Assembly: GCA_964421565.1 (NCBI GenBank)
Contig: CAYQXJ010000006.1
Span: forward strand, 154,679-218,678
DNA from: an uncultured candidatus Brocadiaceae bacterium
GTDB taxonomy: Bacteria; Planctomycetota; Brocadiia; SM23-32
Direction of reading: 5' to 3'
Length of the DNA stretch: 64,000 nucleotides
The translations under genes were made by a program, and so were the position numbers. Positions 58,599 through 64,000 of the stretch are shown here, piece after piece. Under the pieces are notes generated by a model. It was given only the letters and a program-made list of their open reading frames with translations, was not told the DNA's origin and searched no databases. How positions within the stretch are numbered: the stretch's first letter is position 1; each line of letters opens with the position of its first letter.

Positions 58599-59483
58599 GT
58601 GAGGGTGGGCAAGATCGCCGAAGGAGAGGTGGCGGCCGCCGAGGCGGAGTTGGCCCGCCGGCGCGAGCAACTGATCAACGCGCGCAGTGACGCCGAGAAG
58701 GCGCGACTGCGACTTTTGCGACTCACCAACCCGCTGTTGGAGGGATTCTGGAGCCGCCAACTGGAACTTCGCGACGAACCGAAGATGCTCGCGCAGCTGG
58801 AAGCCAGCGCCGAGTTGCGCCATCCTCTGGAGGACCCGGTGACGCACGTGCAACTGGCACTGCGCATGCGCCCGGACCTGAATGAGGCACGACTCCAAAT
58901 CAAGCGGGGCGACCTGGAACTGGTCAAGACGCGCAACGGCCTGCTGCCGCGCCTCGACTTCGTGCTGCAGTTGGGCAAGAGCGGGCTGGCGGACGCGTTC
59001 GCGGAGAGCATCGGCGACATCACGCAGGACCATTACGACGCCCTGGCCGGTCTGAACTTCGAGTACCCGCCCCTCAACCGCGCAGCCCGCGCGCGCCACC
59101 GGGCCGCCGTGTTCACTCGCAGCCAGGCCGCCGAGGCTGTGGCGAATCTGGAGCAGTTGGTCTCGCTGGATGTGCGCACGGCGTACGTTGAAGTCGAGAG
59201 GGCGCTGGCGCAAGTGGCCGCCACGGCCGCCACGCGGCGCTTCGGCGAGCAGAACCTCGCCGCAGAGCAGGAGAAGTTTCGAGTGGGGCGGACCAGCTCG
59301 TTCCTGGTCGCCCAGGCGCAACGCGACCTGGTCGCCAGCCGCATTGCGCAGGTCCAGGCCGTAGTCAACTACATGCAGGCGCTCGTCGAGTTCTATCGGC
59401 TGGAAGGTTCACTGCTCGAACGCCGGGGCATCAAGACGCCGGGCGCTGAACCGGTCGACCCCAACCTGCCGGCTGGCGTTTAG
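58599..59483 (+). pseudogene. TolC-like outer-membrane efflux protein, C-terminal half only (N-terminally truncated)
   Basis: 294 aa with typical TolC second-repeat helices (AEAELARRREQLINARSDAEKARLRLL..., LDVRTAYVEVERALAQ..., QAVVNYMQALVEFYRLEG). The upstream in-frame sequence back to the stop at 58212 is Arg-rich and not TolC-like. No other plus-strand ORF encodes the missing first repeat. Confidence 0.55.
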
Positions 59484-59725
59484 CGGGGAATCCCCCCTCT
59501 CTACAAACCAGGGATCGCGGCACTTCGGCAGGGGGCTTGCCCGTCCGTTCCGTGACGGCTGTAGTCCAGCTTTCCACTTGCCCGGCGACGGCGCCCACCA
59601 CGTGGCGGCCGAACAATCAGGGCTCTGGCGATTGGCCCGGCAGAGTTCAGACGTTCTGCAGCTCGCGACCCTTGTGAAGATCGGTGGTGTGCTGCGCCGG
59701 ATAGCGGTCGATAAGAGACGGCGTG

Positions 59726-61615
59726 TCAGTCGCCGTACGAAATCGAGATGTCCCGAACGCTGCCCGGGAAGTCCTCTTGCTCGGCGTAGTCGCCGATCGG
59801 CCCGTAGCCGGTCTGCCTGTAGCCGCCGGCTTCCAGCAGGCCGCACGGGTAGATCGAAAGCGGTCCGTTGGCCCGCCCGGTGCCGACCACATCGGCGTCG
59901 ACTCTGAGCGTGATCGCTCCGGTGGCGTCCAGGCAGCCCTCAACCTCGACGAGGCCGTGGGTCAGCTGCCGGTTGGCGCGCACGACTGTGGTGGTCGTCT
60001 GCAGGGCGTCCCAGCGCAGCGGGGTCTGGACGTCCATCACGCCCATGCACAGCTTGCCCTGTTTGACATAGAGGGAGTAGCCTGCGAACCAACTGCCGTG
60101 GTGCACGATCACCGCCTCGTCGGCCTCGACATGTACCTTCGCCCGAACCGTGATCGGTCGCCCAGCAAAACCGTCCTCCAGGCCGCGGAACCATACGGAC
60201 TCGCCTGGCTCGGGCCGCAGCGTCGCCCCCGGGGGCGGGGAGGAGGAGATGGCCGGGGCCGGATCCTCAGCCAGCCATCCGGCCAGCGACTCCTTCACCT
60301 CGACGTAGTCCGGGTCTTCGGCCAGGTTGACGTGCTCCTGGACATCGTTCTCGTAGTCGTACAGCTCCTCGCTGCCGTCACAGTAGCGGGTGTAGCGCCA
60401 GCGCCGCGTGCGCAGGGACTGATTGTTCGGCCCCAGAAAGGTGCGCGCGGGTTGTTCGCGCTTGGCCTGCTCGCCCGAGAGCAAGCCCCCCAGGCTGACC
60501 CCCGAGAGGCCCGCCACCTCCGGCAGGTCGCAGAGCTCGAGCAGCGTCGGATAGATGTCGATCAGCCCGACGCCCTCGTCGCAGCGATGTTCGGGCGGGT
60601 TCATGCCCGGCGCCCTCATGATGAACGGCACGCGCGCACCCGAGTCCCAAAGGGACCACTTCTTCCAGTGGAAGTGGTCGCCGAGGCTCCAGCCGTTGTC
60701 GCCCCAGAGCACCACGATGGTGTTGTCGGCATACGGGCTCTCGTCCAGCGCATCCAGCACGCGGCCAACGCAGTGATCGGTGAAGCTGATGCAGGCGAGG
60801 TAGGCGTGCAGAACGTCGCGCCAGTAGCCGTGCTCGGTGATCTGGTAGTGCATGCCCTGCTTGGAATCCTGGTAGCCGGCCAGGGCTATCTGCCGGGCGG
60901 CCGGCGGCATGCCGTCCATGTCGTAGGGCCCGGTCGGCGGCAGCGTCAGCGCCTCCCGGTCGTACATGTCGAAGAACCGCTGAGGAGCGATCAGCGGGAC
61001 GTGCGGCCGGAAGAAGCCTGCCGCCACTAAGAACGGTTCGTCGTAGTCCTGACGCAGGCGTTCGACGGCCCAGTCGGCCACCAGCCTGTCGCTGAGTGTC
61101 TCGGACTGGTCATCATCCAGGGGCCCCCAGTGGAAGGCGAACTTATAGTAGCCGTCGACGTGGGTCAGGTCGGGCGCGTGGCGCGAGTGCATGTCGAACT
61201 GCTGACCGTTGAAGACTCCGGCGTTCTCGTCCCACATGCTCTCGCCCCGGACGTCCTGCACGGCCCGCTCGACGCTGTTTCCGTGATCGACCTTGCCGCC
61301 GACCATGGTGCGGTAGCCGTTGCGGCGGAAGTGCAGGGGTATGGGCAGCGCCTCGTCCCTCACCGGCGAAGCCGCGAGGTGGTCGATCAGCAGGTAGCAG
61401 CCCGTTTCGGCGGGGCTGAGCCCGGTCAATATGGCCGTGCGCGAGGGGTTGCAGACCGGCGAGGTGCAGACGGCGTTGGTGAACACGGTGCCCTGCTCGG
61501 CCAGGCGGTCCATGTTCGGAGTCCGGACGTCCGGGTTGGTGTCCATGCAGCCGAGCCAGCCGGTCATATCGTCGATGGCGATGAACAGCACGTTCGGTCG
61601 TTGCGCGTCGATCAT
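59726..61615 (-). CDS. Sulfatase (arylsulfatase/S1 family) with a C-terminal extra domain
   Basis: The N-terminus PNVLFIAIDDM is typical of sulfatases. The formylglycine motif is CTSPVCNPSRTAILTG (C-x-P-x-R). The internal ATG at 61615 was chosen because the longer ORF upstream is Arg/Pro-rich with low complexity. Confidence 0.8.
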   Translation of the reverse strand: MIDAQRPNVLFIAIDDMTGWLGCMDTNPDVRTPNMDRLAEQGTVFTNAVCTSPVCNPSRTAILTGLSPAETGCYLLIDHLAASPVRDEALPIPLHFRRNGYRTMVGGKVDHGNSVERAVQDVRGESMWDENAGVFNGQQFDMHSRHAPDLTHVDGYYKFAFHWGPLDDDQSETLSDRLVADWAVERLRQDYDEPFLVAAGFFRPHVPLIAPQRFFDMYDREALTLPPTGPYDMDGMPPAARQIALAGYQDSKQGMHYQITEHGYWRDVLHAYLACISFTDHCVGRVLDALDESPYADNTIVVLWGDNGWSLGDHFHWKKWSLWDSGARVPFIMRAPGMNPPEHRCDEGVGLIDIYPTLLELCDLPEVAGLSGVSLGGLLSGEQAKREQPARTFLGPNNQSLRTRRWRYTRYCDGSEELYDYENDVQEHVNLAEDPDYVEVKESLAGWLAEDPAPAISSSPPPGATLRPEPGESVWFRGLEDGFAGRPITVRAKVHVEADEAVIVHHGSWFAGYSLYVKQGKLCMGVMDVQTPLRWDALQTTTTVVRANRQLTHGLVEVEGCLDATGAITLRVDADVVGTGRANGPLSIYPCGLLEAGGYRQTGYGPIGDYAEQEDFPGSVRDISISYGD

Positions 61616-63081
61616 TCTGCGCTTCCTTTTCTGATCTCGTCGGTTACGGCGAGGGCCGGCTTCGGGCTGAGGTCCTCGCGCAGCAGGCCCTGGCCGGCCG
61701 CCCAGGGGAGTCGGTATAGCTCGCACGGCGTGCCCAGCAGGTAGTCGTGCCAGAGGATCGGCGCGTCGGTCGTCGCCCAGAAAGTCGCATTCTCGATCCA
61801 CGGCAGCGCGCGGAACAGCCGCAGGAAGCTGCGCACGTAGTCGGCCTGCACCTCCTCGTTCCACGGACGGCCCCGCCAGGTCTTGAGGTAGGGCTCCATC
61901 GGCCGGCCGTCGATCCGCACGGAAGGCTGCGCCCCCGAGGGTGGCGTCAGTTCGGTGATGTGCAGCGGCAGGCCGAATCGTTCGTGCCAGTACCGACCCA
62001 CCCGGCGCAGGCTGAACAGGTTCTCGGGCATGTGGTATTGCAGGCCGAGCAGGTCCGGCTCGACCCCGCGGTCGATGCACCGCTCGATGAACTCCGCGAT
62101 CGTGATTGCCTGCTTGCCGTCGCGTAAGCGGCTGGAATACCAGACCTCGTCCTCGGAGTAGAAGCTGATCATCTGCCGCACGTGCGGCGCCTCCTCCCGG
62201 CAGATGCGGGAGACCATCTCCGTCTCCTCAAGGAGCTGCTCGACGGACAGATCGACCGACGCAGCCTGCACCGGCTCGTTGATCAGCTCCACCGCGTCCA
62301 GCTCGCCGCCGATTCGCTTCAGGATGGTGCGGACGCGCCGCGCGCAGCGCTCCTTCAGTTCCTCGAAGCTCACCTCCGGTATCCAGCCGCGTTTCTCGAA
62401 CCCGCTGTGCCAGACCATGGCGTGGCCCTTCATGCCCATGCCATGCTTACGGCCCCACGCCACCAGCTCGTCGAGCACGTCGTAGCGGGGATTGTCCCTT
62501 TCGACCTCGAGGACCCCCCAGGTGAGGGGAACGGTGGCGTAGTCGAAGCGTCCGGCGAAGTGCTCATCCCACGCCTCACGCGCGTTGTGCAGCCCCTTGG
62601 TGTTGATGCCGAGCTGCAGCTCGGTCGGGCCGCGCAGGCGCCATTCGACCTCCGCCTCGACCAGCCGCTCGCCGGCCCAGAAGGCCCCTTCGAGGGCCTT
62701 GTCCACTCGGCCGGCGTCGAGCGTGGCTCGGACTTCGGAGATCGTCCTGGCTACCGACGGGGAGGGCGGCATGCCCTCGTCCTCCAGTTGCCCCGCCAGC
62801 TCTTCGACGAGGCGGACGCGCGTCCGGCAAGCCTCGGCCCGAAAGTTGATCGGGCCGTCATCCTCGGCGAAGCCGCGCCCTCCGTTGTCCGCCAGCCAGC
62901 GCCCACCCTCCGCGCCCGGCACCTCGACCGACGCGTAGAGTGCCGCCGATTCCTCCGCGCAGGTCAGTACGACCACGTCCTCCGACTCCTCCAGCGAGGA
63001 GGGGATCGGTTCGCAGGGTCCAGCGTAGGCGTGAACGGCAGCGGGCTCGTCGAGCGAAGCCGAGTGGATTTCCAGCCGCAT
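61612..63081 (-). CDS. Glycoside hydrolase family 10-like (endo-xylanase fold) protein
   Basis: GHAMVWHSGFEKRGW resembles the GH10 RGHTLVWHSQ motif, and LHITELT resembles the catalytic nucleophile ITELD motif. Its start overlaps the sulfatase stop (ATGA). Confidence 0.65.
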   Translation of the reverse strand: MRLEIHSASLDEPAAVHAYAGPCEPIPSSLEESEDVVVLTCAEESAALYASVEVPGAEGGRWLADNGGRGFAEDDGPINFRAEACRTRVRLVEELAGQLEDEGMPPSPSVARTISEVRATLDAGRVDKALEGAFWAGERLVEAEVEWRLRGPTELQLGINTKGLHNAREAWDEHFAGRFDYATVPLTWGVLEVERDNPRYDVLDELVAWGRKHGMGMKGHAMVWHSGFEKRGWIPEVSFEELKERCARRVRTILKRIGGELDAVELINEPVQAASVDLSVEQLLEETEMVSRICREEAPHVRQMISFYSEDEVWYSSRLRDGKQAITIAEFIERCIDRGVEPDLLGLQYHMPENLFSLRRVGRYWHERFGLPLHITELTPPSGAQPSVRIDGRPMEPYLKTWRGRPWNEEVQADYVRSFLRLFRALPWIENATFWATTDAPILWHDYLLGTPCELYRLPWAAGQGLLREDLSPKPALAVTDEIRKGSAE

Positions 63082-63153
63082 CTGTGTTCCTCCAAAGTTT
63101 CAAGAAGGGATGACTTGTGCGCCGGCGGAGCGACGGCGGCCGCGGGCTCCAGG

Positions 63154-64000
63154 CTACTGAACGCGCGCCAGTTCGCGCTGCATGATCTCGTCCTGGATCT
63201 GCTCCGGCAGCGTCGTGAATCGCGCGCTGTAGCCGCTGACCCGCACCACCAGGTCGCCGTGCCGCTCCGGGTGCTCGCGGGCCTCCTTCAGCACGTCCGG
63301 GTCGACCACGTTGAATTGCAGCACCGATCCCCCAACCTGCAGGAATCGGCGGATGACGGCAGCGATCACCTCGGGAGCGAGGCCGCCGTCCGCCCACGGC
63401 AGCTTCACGTCCAGCACGGCAACTACGGGATAGTCGGCCAGGTCGATGGGCTCCAGTGCCCCGAGCACGGCCGTCAGACCGCCGCTGCGGCGCATGCCCT
63501 CGGGGCTCGGGCTCATGCCCGGGCTGAGGGGCTCCGCGGCGCGGCGCCCGTCGGGCGTGGCGCCGGTCTTGCTACCGTGCATGCGAAATGCGCGGTAGAC
63601 GAACATGCTGGCCTCGTAGCGCCCGCCGCGGGTGTTCGGTCGACCGGAGGTCACCCGGGCCAGGTCCGCCAGCACGTCGGCGGCGAACTGCGCCACCTGC
63701 GGGTCGTCGCTGCCGTATTTGGGCACGCGATTGACGGCCTGCAGGCGCAGGTCCTCCGCTCCCTCAAAGTTCGACCGCAGCAGCTCGGACATCTCCTCGA
63801 TGTCCACCTGCCGATCCTCGAATACGAGCTGCCTGACGGCCCGCAGGGAGTCGACCACCGTGCCGGCGCCGATCAGGCTGACGCTGGCCCCGGCGTAGCG
63901 CGTGCCGCCGTCCAGCATGTCTGTCGTGTTCTCGATGCAGTCGTCCAGGGTAGAGGAGTGCGCCGGGCAGGGATTGTACCACCAGCCCTCCTTCTCGGTC
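63154..64000 (-). CDS. Glycyl radical enzyme (pyruvate formate-lyase superfamily), C-terminal part with the 5' end outside the window
   Basis: VRVSGYSARFTTLPEQIQDEIMQRE contains the glycyl radical RVSGY signature. The upstream active-site region CIE is in ...GWWYNPCPAHSSTLDDCIENTTD. The frame is open to the window edge. Confidence 0.8.
   Translation of the reverse strand, partial: TEKEGWWYNPCPAHSSTLDDCIENTTDMLDGGTRYAGASVSLIGAGTVVDSLRAVRQLVFEDRQVDIEEMSELLRSNFEGAEDLRLQAVNRVPKYGSDDPQVAQFAADVLADLARVTSGRPNTRGGRYEASMFVYRAFRMHGSKTGATPDGRRAAEPLSPGMSPSPEGMRRSGGLTAVLGALEPIDLADYPVVAVLDVKLPWADGGLAPEVIAAVIRRFLQVGGSVLQFNVVDPDVLKEAREHPERHGDLVVRVSGYSARFTTLPEQIQDEIMQRELARVQ

Noticed and set aside
1-64000. 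CRISPR arrays, IS/transposase genes, restriction-modification and toxin-antitoxin pairs
   Set aside because: I saw no regularly spaced direct repeats, no transposase or integrase-like ORFs, no methyltransferase/endonuclease pairs and no small adjacent TA-like ORFs on reading the six-frame track and the sequence.

Overview
This is a high-GC window (about 65-70% GC) that is densely coding on both strands and looks like the chromosome of an anaerobic, polysaccharide-degrading bacterium. I saw no CRISPR array, restriction-modification system or obvious IS element. The supporting gene content includes two GH4 paralogs, GH10, a sulfatase with the C-x-P-x-R motif, a glycyl-radical enzyme, DUF1570, a rubredoxin/Hcp/flavodiiron cluster and hypFCDE. 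I would guess Planctomycetes, Kiritimatiellae or Lentisphaerae, but that is not provable here.

Recognisable housekeeping blocks are:
- def-fmt-DUF116
- metX-metW-nth
- hypF-hypC-hypD-hypE (NiFe hydrogenase maturation)
- uvrB and comEA
- a NarL-type two-component pair
- tRNA-Lys(TTT)

The most interesting regions are:
- (1) A minus-strand operon of about 6.2 kb (32616 down to 26478) led by an Rrf2-family regulator, reading Rrf2, HD/zinc-ribbon, 4Fe-4S ferredoxin-like, cupin, single desulforedoxin, tandem desulforedoxin, flavodiiron protein, Hcp, rubredoxin. It has a near-consensus sigma70 promoter overlapped by three TATAGGA repeats.
- (2) Immediately downstream of tRNA-Lys, a C-terminally truncated SecA-like ATPase converging on a minus-strand operon. 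That operon encodes a small Gly-rich protein, HlyD, DUF3467, a GAF-HlyD fusion and a PqqD/RRE-like + M50 intramembrane protease + HlyD fusion. An N-terminally truncated TolC fragment sits beside it. Together these look like a candidate uncharacterised peptide processing and export module.
- (3) A protein made of three tandem XRE-type HTH domains.
- (4) A galactokinase-like gene remnant with a frameshift in a G7 run.
- (5) A membrane-embedded spermidine-synthase-like fusion.

All functional calls rest on motifs and domain-level similarity I recognised by eye. I ran no database searches.
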